Of a DNA stretch of 64,000 nt, positions 20,596-49,647 are shown piece by piece. The notes under the pieces were generated by a model, which saw nothing but the letters and a program-made list of their open reading frames with translations, was not told the DNA's origin and ran no database searches. This stretch comes from Amoebidium appalachense (taxonomy: Eukaryota; Protista; Ichthyosporea), in contig CAVNZM010000001.1 of NCBI GenBank assembly GCA_963693365.1, forward strand, positions 16,983,840 through 17,047,839, given 5' to 3'. Both the position numbers and the translations under genes were made by a program. The stretch's first letter is position 1. Every line of letters begins with the position of its first letter.

Positions 20596-22219
20596 AGCTG
20601 GTGTCCGGGCAAGAGCGCGTGACATGAGATTTTTTCATTGCTACACAAACAGACCTGATATTACGGTGTTGGTATTTTTAAACTCCAATATTGACATGCT
20701 ATTATAAATAGTGAGGAAATAAAGATTCTAAAGGACGGATATAACAGGAAATCGGGAAATTCAATTTAATTGGTTAGAGGCTCTTCCCTGCATTCTTTTG
20801 CTAAGCAAGCATGGATAAAAATCACCATTTTGTAAAGACATCTGCGCTATTTTAGGGTATATAAGAAAAATAATATTATAAAACTGGCAATATTTATTCG
20901 CACAAGCTTAACCACTGCTGTCCTAAAGCTAAATTACTCCTCCGAGTTCCGGAAACGGAAGATTCCGAAGGAAGACTCAGCCTAGGCAAACGATTCCCCA
21001 GATGTCACGCATAGACATTGGCTCCTATCCCGCGCCAGGCTTTGATTCGTCTACCTTGAATTAGACGGTGCATGCTGATGCCTTTTTTGGGCTGGATGAA
21101 TTCCTCATGCCAAATCTTGGCGCCAACTTCAAAAGGATGACGGTCACATGGCATAGTGGAACGCGCCTCCCAGTCACCCTTGAGCTGTGAACAGTGACGT
21201 AAGCTGTAGAACCAGATCCGCAATGGTGGGGACTGGTGCAAAATGTTTGATCAGATCAGCTGACAGCTGCCTCATAAACAGTACTAGATCTGGTACTACG
21301 GAAAATACGTGAGGCATAAAAAACCGCAAACAGGGATTTCAAGAAACCCAAAGAAAATAACAAATAAACAATATGCTTTAAAGTAAACTACAAATATTGA
21401 GGTACTCTATACGTTTTTACTATTTTTTCTTATTTTTTTGATTAATTCTAGCGATAGGTCTTATGATCAGATTGATCATGTTTTGCTATAGCATTGCGAG
21501 CTCAGAAGAAAAACATCTCGCTCACTCTCCTTTCTGCAGGAAAAAAATAAAAAAATTTAAACAGGGATTGTAGTCAACCAAAAATATATTCTAAAAATGT
21601 CAGTTTTAATGCACCAACCAGAATTGTTTGTTTGTCTATAAGCCTTGAGTAACCCTACTTACAACCTAACGGTTGCTTTTGGTTGTCTCTTGCCGCTCCA
21701 AGTCACGCAAAGTTCAGATCCCGTAGTTCAGGGTTCGAATCGGATCGCCTCGCGGAACCCTTAGCCGCGGCGCCGCTTCAAATTACCCATAGCTATTTTT
21801 CTTTTTCTTTTTAGCTACATTCGTATCTAAGATATTATTGTCTTCTTATATGCATCTGTACGTAATTAATGATCAAGCTAAAGTACTGTATAAGGAAACC
21901 TTTTGTGAGCAAGCTTTTGAGGGTTGACAATAACAATAGCTATACTTGTTTTCCGGTATAAAGTAAAATCGATTCGGAAATCAACTATATCCCAGTCCCA
22001 AATGATTTATTCAACCGACCGTTTGTTGGCCAATCGAACACCAAAATTCGTGCTTTAATGCGCTGTTGTACATTTATTCAATGTGGAGATTTTTTGCCCT
22101 AGTCTAATTAGGCGGCTCGCGACCCTATAACTATAGATGCCCACTGTGGTGGAACACGGGATCCGGAGTCTGACCTGTGCACGTGTGTATGTATGCCACG
22201 GTGTGTATGTGTGTGCGTG

Positions 22220-22289
<70 letters not shown>

Positions 22290-22360
22290 GGTGTGTGCGT
22301 GTGTGCGTGTGTGCGTATGTGCGTGCGTGCGTGTGTGTACAGTATGTGTGTGTGTGCGTG

Positions 22361-22409
<49 letters not shown>

Positions 22410-23796
22410 ACCTTGTTGGGTAGAGGTACTAATATTAGGCTGTTGGCCTTGGTGCCTGTACATACCTCATAACAGCTCACATGCCGCGTCGACAGTAAAC
22501 AGCACGTCAACCCGTTTTTTGTTTGAGGATGACACGCTCTGGGCGGACGAACGGCAAGTCTTAAGTGAAATTGCATAGCATCTCTGAATCACGTTGCCCT
22601 CATTTAAATTCGTGGAACGCGGCATGCTACAAAGGGCATACGCACCCACTAGACAGCCAGGCTTGCGAATCCTTCCTTGCAGCTTCAAAAAGTTGACTGC
22701 TGCAATAAAATAGGCGAGGGTGAGATCATGGTGCTGCTCGTTATTATTATGTTTGTTACTTACACCTAACGAGATGTATGGTCTATATATTCTAGTAAGC
22801 ATGTGCACTTGTTGTTTTGAGCAACTTTTGGCTGGGAAAGAAAGTGCTAATCGCAAGGCTCCCTTATATACCTTGGCGCATCAGCGATGCAGCCTCAGGC
22901 AGAATCTTTGCAATTGGCCAAAAGCAGATTTGCTTAAACCCGGAGGGTAGGAGGGTGCATCAATCCTTTTGCTCGGTTGGGTTGAAAGTGAGCGCTGAAA
23001 TTAGTCAAACGCTGTGTGTGAGAGTGCATGTTGTACATGTAGGCATCAGAAATCTATGCATGGCTGGCGCTCAATGCTCAACTAGAACCTGCCCTCCACT
23101 CCCCCCCGTCCCCCCACTTCCCCCTCCCCCCCCCCCCCCTCAGCCTGCTGCTGCCGCCGGCCGCCACCACCACCACCAACAACAACAACACACGCGCGCG
23201 CTTACACACATATGTACACACACACATGCGTGCGTGCGTTGCGCGCTGGGGAATACATTTTTAGAGAGGGCAAAATGGGGGGGGAGATGGGGACGGAGGG
23301 GAGGAGGGAAAACTGATGTTGAAGCATAAAGAACAGCAAGGAGGCACGCCCACATTCATATCACATAAAAACGTGCTGGAAACTTCTGTTGTAATGCCCG
23401 GAAGCCCAATTCGTATGCACGTTACGTCTGCGCACACCCCGTACACACCTGCCAATCAAAAGCCCACAGGCACACCCACCAACAACGCCCCCGTGCGTAA
23501 GACCAAGCTTCCAGTACAACATGCCATTTCGAAAGATGTACAAACGCACGCCCACAAGTTCCCTCATACACACACACATGCACACACACGCAAGGACGCA
23601 CACGGGTGCGCGCGGGCGCGCACACTACACATACTCACTCACTCACTCACACATAGACTCACACACACATGTGCGCGCGCACATACACTCACACCCAGCC
23701 ACACATGCTCCGTACATAAGTACACACACACGCACACGCACACGCGCACACACGCGCACACACACGCACATGCACACACACGAACACACACCACAC

Positions 23797-23833
<37 letters not shown>

Positions 23834-24748
23834 GTGACAGGCACACACACACACATCAAACACACACGCACACACACAGACACCGTGACACGCACACCCG
23901 CACATGAATTTCATTGTGCGCGCACACACATACCAACAAAAAAAAAGAGTCCCAGCAGAGAGAGCCTCTGAAAGGGGAGATAGAGAAAGAAGCGGGGGGG
24001 TGGGGGGGGAGGGGGGGGAGGGGGTGGAGGGGGAGAGAGGGAGAGGGAGAGGGACTTAGTGCGGGGAGGGGAGGGGGGGGGAGGGGGGGGGGGGGGGGGG
24101 GGGGGGGGAGAGAGAGAGAGAGAGAGGGGGGGGGGGGGGGAGGGGCCGGGAGGGGAAGGAGGGAGGGAGGGCCGGTAGGAGAGACAAGGGGCGGTGGGGA
24201 AGAGGCAGGGAATAAGGGAGGGAGGGAGGGGGGAGAGGGGGGAGGAAGGGAACGTGGAGGTGGAGAGGCGGAGGGATAGAAATGCGGAGGGAGCTGGGAG
24301 GGAAGTAAAAAGGGGGAAGTGTAAGATAATCCTACATAGAAGAAAGGGAGAAATCTTGATTAAGACCAAGAAGGAGAAAGAGGAGGTCCTGGAGAGAAAA
24401 TCTTTTAACATTTAATTACAGCAGGAAAACATGAGGGGTGGGCGCCTGTGCACACCCAGACAGGGCCCCGTTCTCTCATCTCTTTCTTCTCTTTTAGTAA
24501 GTGTGCTCACCGGCACGGTACACACAATATGCAACGGCCCCCTGATCGGCGGGATTCAGAGCCTTGTCGAAGGAACATACAAAAATACAAGGCCAGCAAA
24601 TCTTTCGGAAAAAGCATTCTTGCATTTAAATTCTATAGAAACAATACAACAGCATACTCACTCTGACTCTTAGGAGACGTGCTCATTTAATGAGCGGCTA
24701 ATTCCGAATCAACTACCAACACCATTGAACCTTAAAAACATCAGGGTG

Positions 24749-24794
<46 letters not shown>

Positions 24795-24939
24795 CCCACC
24801 CACCCACACACACCCATACACACCAAGAAAAAAGAAAGAAAAAAAGAGAACGAAAGAAAAAGAAAAAAGAAAGAAACCTAAGCACAAGCCTAACATCGTA
24901 CAGTACTATCGTCATTCATGCACACGTCTCTCTTTGGCC

Positions 24940-41186
<16,247 letters not shown>

Positions 41187-41745
41187 TCTTCTTCCTCTAT
41201 GCAGCTATATTTGTCACCTTGCATAAACACTGATGCCCTCAAAAAAACTCTATATGGCCCTTCCCGCTTCATAGAATCTCACAGGCAGCTCCATGCCGGG
41301 AAGTGTGTGCTGTTGAACGATGACCCTAACAACAAGTGCTGGATTCAATCAAAAAAGACCGACGGAAGTAGCGTGTAGCGTTACAGCAAGCACCACACAT
41401 CTATTTGAAGTAGCACATCCGTATTTATATACAAGACTCTTGCACAGAACAAGCTTTTTTTTTTTTTTTTGGAGAATTGGGTCTTTTGGTGGCGGCTCTG
41501 AGCTGTGATTTGATGACGTCATATCCTGTAATTCCGAAGAGTTCCATTCTTTGCAACTTTGGCAAAGTTTCCGTTGACACGGCCGAGTCAGAAACCCCCA
41601 TTTTTGCTTTCATTTGTTATCGGCATTATATATGTTGTATTTTCTGCTGATATGCAAAAATAATATTCGCACGAGCTCAATGAATTTTCACACAAAAGAA
41701 AGGTTTCCAAAGGTGGCCGGTCCAGCAGACCTGCACGTGTTTTGA

Positions 41746-41816
<71 letters not shown>

Positions 41817-42023
41817 CTTTCCCTCCGAGTAAACATTCCATATATCCCCCCTCCCTCCCGGCCTCCTCCCCCTCCCGCCCTCCCTCCCCCATACCCGCCT
41901 CCCCCTCACCCAAGGGCCCCCCATGGGCTGTCAGGGTCATCCTTCTTTTGTGGCTGAATACGCTTTTGAAATTTCCTTTTTCCCTTTTTTTGAGGGAGGG
42001 GGAGGAGGGGGGGAGTTAGGCGT

Positions 42024-42058
<35 letters not shown>

Positions 42059-42675
42059 AGGATTGGGGATGACTTGTCATCAGTAAGGGTTGGATGATCA
42101 ACCCCCCCCGCCCTCCCCCTTCCCCCTTTTTCTTCTTTTCTTTTTTCTTTTTCTTTTTTTTTGGGGGGGGGGGGGGAAGGAGGGGGGGGGGGGGGGGGGG
42201 GATTCGGAGTAACTTGTCCACATAACTAGTTAATCAGGGTTGGATGATCGACCCCCACGAACCCCACTCCCCCCTCCCCCCGGGGGGAGGGGGGAGGGGG
42301 GGAGAGGGGAGGGAGAGGGGAGGAGGGGGGAACAGGAGGGTGGCCCTCCCAAAAGAGCAAACACATTGAATTTGCTACACACAAACACACACTGACACAC
42401 ACAATCCACACACACCATCTCATGCGCGCACATATGCCGTAACGGTAATACACGCAGCACACTGCCGCAAACGCACAGCTGTCCACAATGCACACAACCC
42501 GGCATTGCAGTGAAAAAAAAAACACAACGTAACAAACTCAGTCTGCAGAGACCTTCTGCGTCGCTCTATGAGGACAAACGGTGGATTGTCCAAATCTACC
42601 CGGTGAGTGTTTCGATCTGCTGAATATTGTGTGTGACGTTACTTGTGTGTGCGTGTGTATGTGTGTGTATGACGT

Positions 42676-42720
<45 letters not shown>

Positions 42721-43192
42721 CGCGCACGCGCGCCAGCGCGTACGGTGTGTGTGTTTGCCGGTATGTGTGTGCGTGTGTGTCACAGTGTGTGGATGCATGC
42801 ATCTGTGTGCATTGTTTTGTGTTGTGTGTGTGGGCCACGGGGACGTAACTCAGTATACGGTGTGCTGCATGACATGGTGTGTCTGTGTATCTGTGTGTGT
42901 GTGTGGGTGTGTGAGTGTGTGTTTTGGGGGGAGAGGGGGAGCCTCAGGGGGGGTGGGGGTGTGTGGAGGGGTGGCGTCGGGGGGAGGGGTTAGGGGGATG
43001 GGGTGGGTGGATGAATCTGAAACTAGAAACATTTGTGTGCCAAGGTCTGTGCGTGTGTGTGTATGCGCGCGCGCTCGTGAGCCCACGTGTGCATGCGTGC
43101 ATGCTTGTGTTACGGTTTGTGTGTGTGTGTGTGTGCGCGCGCGCACACACGCATGTACATGTGTGTGCGTGCGTGTGTGTGAAGGGAAACCT

Positions 43193-43239
<47 letters not shown>

Positions 43240-43785
43240 GGGGGGCTCGTTGAGAAATGTTACACCATGATAAACACTATACTTGGCCAATCGAACCAAT
43301 GATCATCGTTTATATATCTGATTCAATGATTATGTAGCTATATTCTCAGTTGACCGCACAGGATTATTTGGCCATTCAGCACCAACAGCAAACACGGATA
43401 TGTGTATGAATCACGTATTAATTAATAAGTTAACTGATTATATATGGTGGCAGGTTGCTACTATTTATATCTTTTATCAGACGCAACTTGTGGGGCACTA
43501 TGGTGAATGTGTACCGCCACACTAAATTCATCAGCAAACGTATTTAAACTACACTTTTAAACTAATAGCATCAGCTCTAGCTCTCCTGCTCTTAAGGTCC
43601 TTAAGAGGACATAGATCACACAAAAGATGGTAAAAAGATAGGAGCATAAAAACTTTAACAGCTGGTTTATGGACGATTACATGCACCTGCTTGACTTAAG
43701 CTTCGTCCTTCCTCTGACGGTTACTTCAACAAATCACCGCAATCAAAAGTAGCCAAAACGTGCCTTCGTGCCTTAAACATGATTT

Positions 43786-46488
43786 TCAAAACAGTGACAA
43801 ATTGAGTGGCAGCAAGGCTGGCCCGGGTGCCTGGCCCATATTTTCGACCTCCAACCGTTGGCGTTTAGGCTGACCCCCGCGCATCATCTCCATCGACTGA
43901 CCCACCAGCCCATTGAACAGCAGTGGCTCATTCGATTCATTTGGTGAGATCGGTCGATTCCGATTACCGCTGCTTAATGCCGTCAGCAGGTGTGCAGCCG
44001 CAACCGCACCCCCCATCTGCTGGCCATCGTTTGAAAATCCGCCAACACCCATAGGCTGTCCCCCCCGAGGGGAAGAATTCCTAAGTTGAGGCGCCTGGGT
44101 GCTTGGGCCGAACCCCCCCGAGGGGCCCATCAACTGAGGCCCACGCACGGTGCTGCTCCGGCTGCCGTTGGTGAGAGAGGCCGTGGGCTGGCCACACGGA
44201 TTGGCCATGAGCCCTGTGGGCTGGCCCCTTCCAGCACCGCGATTGGTCAGCTGGGCCGGTGCTGCACTCTGATTGGATGAGAATCCAACCGTCTCTTGGG
44301 CAGGGGCCGGGTAGTGTTGCTGGGGGGACACCATGTACCCGTGCCCAGTGGTTGGGGGGGATGGGGTATACGGGAAGCCTTGCTGCTGTGTGGGGTGTGT
44401 AGGATAGTCCCCCCACTGGCCCATTGCCTTCCCCCCTTGCTGCTGCGCCTGTTGTTTCTGTGCAAACATTTCACCCCCATGTGTGGCCGCAACCCCAGCC
44501 CGTTGCTGATTGGCCCCCACACGCTCCTGCCTGCGCTTGCGCTCATGGGCCTGCTCGTGCCGGCGTAAGGTTGTAAGATCCGCAAACCGCTTCTCACACC
44601 CGGGGGTCTTGCAAGCGTACGGTTTCTCCCCCGTATGTGTGCGCATGTGGTTGTTGAGTTGGGAGGACGTCGTAAACCGTTTGCCGCACCCTGGTGCCTG
44701 GCACCCGAAAGGCTTCTGGCCGGTGTGGATGCGTGTGTGTCGCACGAGATCACTGCTCGTGGTAAAACTTTTGCCGCACCCGTCGTACTTACACGCATAC
44801 GGCCGTTCACCCGTGTGGGTGCGCATGTGAGCTGTGAGGTTGCTCAGCCCGGAGAACCCTTTTCCACACACGTTGCACACCCGTGGCTTGTCGTGGGCTG
44901 CGTGGGACCGGCTGTGCGAGGACAAACTGGTCGGCTCGGAAAACCTCTTGTTGCAGCCCTGCACATCGCAATGGTAGGGCTTCTCTGCTATGTGGGTTTT
45001 GCTGTGCGCCGCAAGTTTGCTTGGGAGGGTAAACGCCTGGCCACAATCCGGGTGCTTGCACAAGTACGGCCGGTCGTCAAGGTGTGATTCTAGGTGCTGG
45101 TGGAAGGCGGTAGGATCCGGGAGGGGTTTTTGCGCCAACTTGCAGCCGTGCCAAAAACACACCCATTCACCGTTGGTGGTGTGGCTGTGGGTTTGGGCCA
45201 GGTGGTTGTAAAGAGTGGACCGGTCTTCCAACTCCACACCGCACCCATCCCACGCGCACGCAACCGACGAATCGCTTTGTGTGAAGACGGGTTTGGATGC
45301 ATCGGGATCTGGTTTGGGGAAGTCATGCATGTCTGTGTGACGGCTGTAGTTGTTGCTGTCGTCATGCGACAACGTCTCCTCGTGATCGTGCGATTCGCTG
45401 GGTTTGTAGCTCGCCAATAGCGTACGATGGAGCCCGAAATCTAGATCCCCATAGACACTTGCATCACTGCGCGTCCGCTTCAACTGTTGTTGTGTTTGCC
45501 GCGCTTGTGCTTGATGCTGTGGCGATGGGAATAAACCGTTATAGAACCCCCCCTTCCCGACTTTTCCGTTTAGAATTTGCGGCGCCGATGCATAAGGTGT
45601 GGGACTTTGTGTTGTTGGTTTTTGGGGTTGCGCTGTTTGCATCGTCTCCTGCCTAAGCCCATTGGTGCCGTTAATCTGTTGTGCCTGGGTGGCCATACCA
45701 CCCAACATCATAGTCTGTGCTGGGTATGTACCAAACGCAGGCAGGGACCCAGGTTTAGGGATGTTTGTAGGCCGGCTTGCCTTGCTTGTACCCGACGTGT
45801 TTGTAGACGGGGTCGTGCTCCCATTCCGGTTCGACCCGCTGTTAAATCCCGTCGATCCTGAAAAATCCGACCCACTCCCTCCCAACAAATTCTCGCCGAG
45901 AAGCCACAGTTGTGTCGGATGGTCTGGGGCCGTGCTGTGTAGGGGCAAAGTAGAGGTCGGCTGGCACCCGGCCGTGGGTTTCTGGGCCTCAACTGCCGAA
46001 GCGGTGGCGGCCTGTTGCTGCTGCTGCTGTGATTGGTAGAGGTGGTTCTCCAGTTGCCTTAATTGGAAATCCTGCTGGGCCTGCTCGCGCCTGGCCTGCT
46101 CCCTCTGTGCCAGCTCTGTCTGCAGCTGCGCCAGCTGCTGCTTTTTGCGCAAATCCTCCAGCTGCACCCGGTATGCATCCTGCTGCTCGCGCTGCTGCTG
46201 CTGCAAGATCTGCTGTTGGAGCTGCAGCTGATTGGTCAGCGAGGACAAAAAATAATTCGGAGTCAAAATGGGTGGGAGCTGGCTCGTGTACCCAAGACTC
46301 GTCGCCGCTGGGATGACGTTGCTAACAGCGCTTGCTGTCGGTTCTACCTTAACCCCTGGGCCTGGGCCGTAGAATGTAGGGACGGGGTTGACCGACCCCA
46401 AATCGAGGCTGGTGTCGGTGGCTGCCCCAACCTCGGGCGCTTTAGACTCGGTCAGCGCCCGCACCAACCGGGATGATGGCTGGGCCAT
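43786..46488 (-). CDS. C2H2 zinc-finger transcription factor, 900 aa, 8 fingers, the first two of tandem-CWCH2 type (Gli/Zic/Glis/Zap1/PacC-like)
   Basis: Uninterrupted 2.7-kb ORF free of microsatellites. Fingers: CAWDGC..H, CFWHGC..H, CKHPDC, CDVQGC, CNVC, CKYDGC, CQAPGC, CKTPGC, with HTGERPY/HTGQKPF/HTGEKPY linkers. Q-rich N-terminal region. Confidence 0.95.
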   Translation of the reverse strand: MAQPSSRLVRALTESKAPEVGAATDTSLDLGSVNPVPTFYGPGPGVKVEPTASAVSNVIPAATSLGYTSQLPPILTPNYFLSSLTNQLQLQQQILQQQQREQQDAYRVQLEDLRKKQQLAQLQTELAQREQARREQAQQDFQLRQLENHLYQSQQQQQQAATASAVEAQKPTAGCQPTSTLPLHSTAPDHPTQLWLLGENLLGGSGSDFSGSTGFNSGSNRNGSTTPSTNTSGTSKASRPTNIPKPGSLPAFGTYPAQTMMLGGMATQAQQINGTNGLRQETMQTAQPQKPTTQSPTPYASAPQILNGKVGKGGFYNGLFPSPQHQAQARQTQQQLKRTRSDASVYGDLDFGLHRTLLASYKPSESHDHEETLSHDDSNNYSRHTDMHDFPKPDPDASKPVFTQSDSSVACAWDGCGVELEDRSTLYNHLAQTHSHTTNGEWVCFWHGCKLAQKPLPDPTAFHQHLESHLDDRPYLCKHPDCGQAFTLPSKLAAHSKTHIAEKPYHCDVQGCNKRFSEPTSLSSHSRSHAAHDKPRVCNVCGKGFSGLSNLTAHMRTHTGERPYACKYDGCGKSFTTSSDLVRHTRIHTGQKPFGCQAPGCGKRFTTSSQLNNHMRTHTGEKPYACKTPGCEKRFADLTTLRRHEQAHERKRRQERVGANQQRAGVAATHGGEMFAQKQQAQQQGGKAMGQWGDYPTHPTQQQGFPYTPSPPTTGHGYMVSPQQHYPAPAQETVGFSSNQSAAPAQLTNRGAGRGQPTGLMANPCGQPTASLTNGSRSSTVRGPQLMGPSGGFGPSTQAPQLRNSSPRGGQPMGVGGFSNDGQQMGGAVAAAHLLTALSSGNRNRPISPNESNEPLLFNGLVGQSMEMMRGGQPKRQRLEVENMGQAPGPALLPLNLSLF

Positions 46489-46907
46489 AGTATGTGTGTC
46501 CTACTTGCTGGTGCTGCTGGGAGGGGTCGGTTAGTCAGAATGCGAGCAATTCACTAGCTTATTAGCTGCAGATGGATGCCAAACTAAGGTGCGTTGGGGG
46601 GGGGGGGGGGGGGGGGAGGGGGGGGGGGGAAGGGGGGGAGGAGGTGGGAGGAGAAGAGAAAGGTCGCTAAGCACGACCACCGACCACCACTGACCGGTCA
46701 AAATTCATGTCAAAAGAATCTTCCTGTCTTCTCTCCCAACACACCGCCACGTACTTGGTTCTGTTTCAACAAAGGCATAATCGCAGCAGGAGCTAACACG
46801 CATACACGTGTTCACATTCAGGACACAGACGGCAAATCATCGCACAGGTCACATCAAACTTCATAAGCAGTTTACTCCCCCCCCCCCCCCCCCCCCCCTT
46901 CCCCCCG

Positions 46908-46943
<36 letters not shown>

Positions 46944-48149
46944 ACAACCACATACACATTTGGAATTTTCGCTGCACTTTAACCCCCCTCCCCCCCCGTT
47001 CTTTCTTTCCCAAACGGTGCAAGACAAAAAAAGGAGGATAAAAGAGAGGCCTGCTGAAGAGGTAAAAGGAAAGGGAAGAGAACATGCGGAAGGGGTTAAA
47101 GTTGATGAAAATCATTGTCATGGAGAAAACAACTTAAAACCAAAGTAGAATCCGAGGCTACCTCCTTACCCCCTGACCTCCCCCCCCCCCCCCCCCCCCC
47201 CCCCCCAACAAAAAAAAAAAAAAAAAAAAACATGGTTTGAACACGGCCTGGTTAGGCTATTAGAAACTACTTTTCAGGTTGAGTGGAGTGGCAGGGTGAA
47301 TCGGTGTACGTGTACACGTGTAAGGATGTTTATAATATAAACCGACTCTCATCTGTTGACATCATAACAGCCTGAGCGTAAAACCAAGATTTCCCTCTAC
47401 AATGATCAGCATCCTTGCAAAACTACCGCCCAAGTGCTGCACCAGCAGAAGCTACCCCTACGGCAACAATGTACCAGCAGAAGAGAGCACATGGTTTTCA
47501 GGAGACTTCTGATCAACTGTCGAATCGGGCTGTCCTTGTTTCAGCACACCATGAAAGGTCGACGTATCAATGTGCCCACTAACACACTTGGTCTGTTAAT
47601 CCGGTAGGATTTTCCAAAAAAGGGAAGCCCCTATATATTGAGACTCGACAACAAACGGTGTGGTATGAAAAAAGCGCCTCTATAAATGGGCCTCTATAAA
47701 TGGCCCTAAAACGCGCATTGTTTGTGTTATTGGTGAGTGGTTTTTAAAGCCTACCCGACCGTACCCAGCAGTAAATGACCAGAGAATTTTGACACAGCTG
47801 CCGCCACAACCTGTCACCCTGCACCACATCTTGCCCACCAATAACTGCTAGCCCCATGGATGCCCAAAACAACGGTTTCCAACTACTGGTACTGCGTTCG
47901 TTCGAAGTTCGTTTAGGCTGTCATGTCAGATTGCACATCACACAAGCCATCAAAAAAACAAACATCCGTGCTTGATAGGTTTAGAAAGCCACAAGTTATC
48001 ATCAACTTTGCCGCGAAAGCGCAAAATGGGTATGTATTCAAAATCCATAAAGCCTCATCTCCGATGAAAAGTACATCCATCTGTGTTCAATGTTTCGTGT
48101 GCTCTGACAGCTGCTGTACAGCTTTGGGGGGATTTCCAATGGCCATGTT

Positions 48150-48255
48150 AGAGCTCAAAGAGTCTGCACTGAGCATAGGAACGTACTTTAAATAGCTCTT
48201 TTGTCAGAGCTCAAAGAGTCTGCACTGAGCATAGGAACGTACTTTAAATAGCTCT
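48150..48255. repeat. Perfect 50-bp direct duplication (48150-48199, 48206-48255)
   Basis: AGAGCTCAAAGAGTCTGCACTGAGCATAGGAACGTACTTTAAATAGCTCT occurs twice with a 6-bp spacer. Confidence 0.9.
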
Positions 48256-49647
48256 CCCTCTCATCCCTCCCTTTTTCTGGCTCAAACACACAAGCCACTT
48301 CAGGCACTGGTGCTGCTGAAAACTGAAACTGTGTGCCAAAACGTAGGCAACGGTTATGACCGGTGCTCGCTAGGCTACAGGCAGGCCTAGGTGCCCTTTG
48401 ACAACGAAAAAGCACCTGTCTGTTCTCCCTACACCTTGTGTTGCCGACCCTTGATATCTGAATCACTACAGTAAATTACAAATTTACATGAATCTAATAA
48501 GTTAAGTTTTAACTACCTAAAGGGCTCATGATCCGATCCAACTGAAGCTCAAGCTAAAGCTAATGATATATACGGGTAGTCTACCGTCCTTTTTTATGTC
48601 CACTGATATATAAGCTATACATATACCGTGAATGCAGGCATGTTATGAAATACATTTGAGCTACGGTGTTTGTTATGAAACAGTTCTTGACATGATGACA
48701 TTATGACAGAAAAGACTTTCCGGAAATCGGAAGTTCAGCGATGACGTTGTTGGTTCATTGAGTCTAGGGAGGTTCGTGAATCTGCCAATTTAGCCAAATG
48801 AGGCTGGCAAGATCCAGCCAGTCCAATAATTGACGAACAGTTTTATTGGCGCCTTCTATCCAATCAAGTGTCAATATGTATGCTCAAACATGCGGTGATC
48901 AACGCTCGTGGTTTTTGACGAATACAGTGAGTGCTAAAGTAATACAACCAACCAGACATAGCTTTCGCGAGAGGAGGGTTGAAAGGCTACTGAAAACACA
49001 ATGCTGGACAAGCAAGTCCCCAATCACATTAATGTTGACACAAGCTTAGATTTAGGCTAATACTAGTTGTGTTGCATGAGTTTTGATTGTGCCTACCCTA
49101 TACAGTTTGTATTTCATTTGCCCTGATTACCTAGATATATATATGGTATGTGATATTGCCAGGAGAGTCTCCGCCTCTATAGGCGCATTCCATAATTTCA
49201 GTGTATGCATATGGCAACATTGATGTCCGATGCCTTGCTTTCTTACAAAATTCCCTTGGCTATTTTTTGTTCCTCTCAAGGATGGGCCTGTATGGGTCAT
49301 TTCAGTGTCAGCGGTCAGGCATTTATTGCCGTCAATATTGTTACAGATGAGAGATCTTGGGAATACTTTGCCTCTCTCCCAATGAGCAATGGAGTCGCTC
49401 AATTACTGCGTGGGAAAAAAAGATCTTGCCGTGACAAATAGCCAACCCAAATATTGAACTGCTGGGGATACATGAGTTGTAAAACTTTAGAAAATAGCAC
49501 TTTTCTTAGAGAGCCCATATATTACAATTGGAATCAGACAAAATGAACTTATATTTGGAATATAAATATTATTAATTGCTTTCTCTTGTTTTTTTAAGAT
49601 TTGTGCAACAGTTATAAGCACATAAATAATGGTGAATAAGTGATGAA

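Noticed and set aside
21730-21775. tRNA or HDV-like ribozyme
   Set aside because: No cloverleaf or acceptor stem. The HDV-like CCTCGC is present but P2 and the GG for P1.1 are missing.
21005-23560. Coding-looking patches between cyclophilin and the ZZ/EF-hand gene
   Set aside because: Stops occur in plausible frames, no domain is recognisable, and no consistent splice chain could be built.
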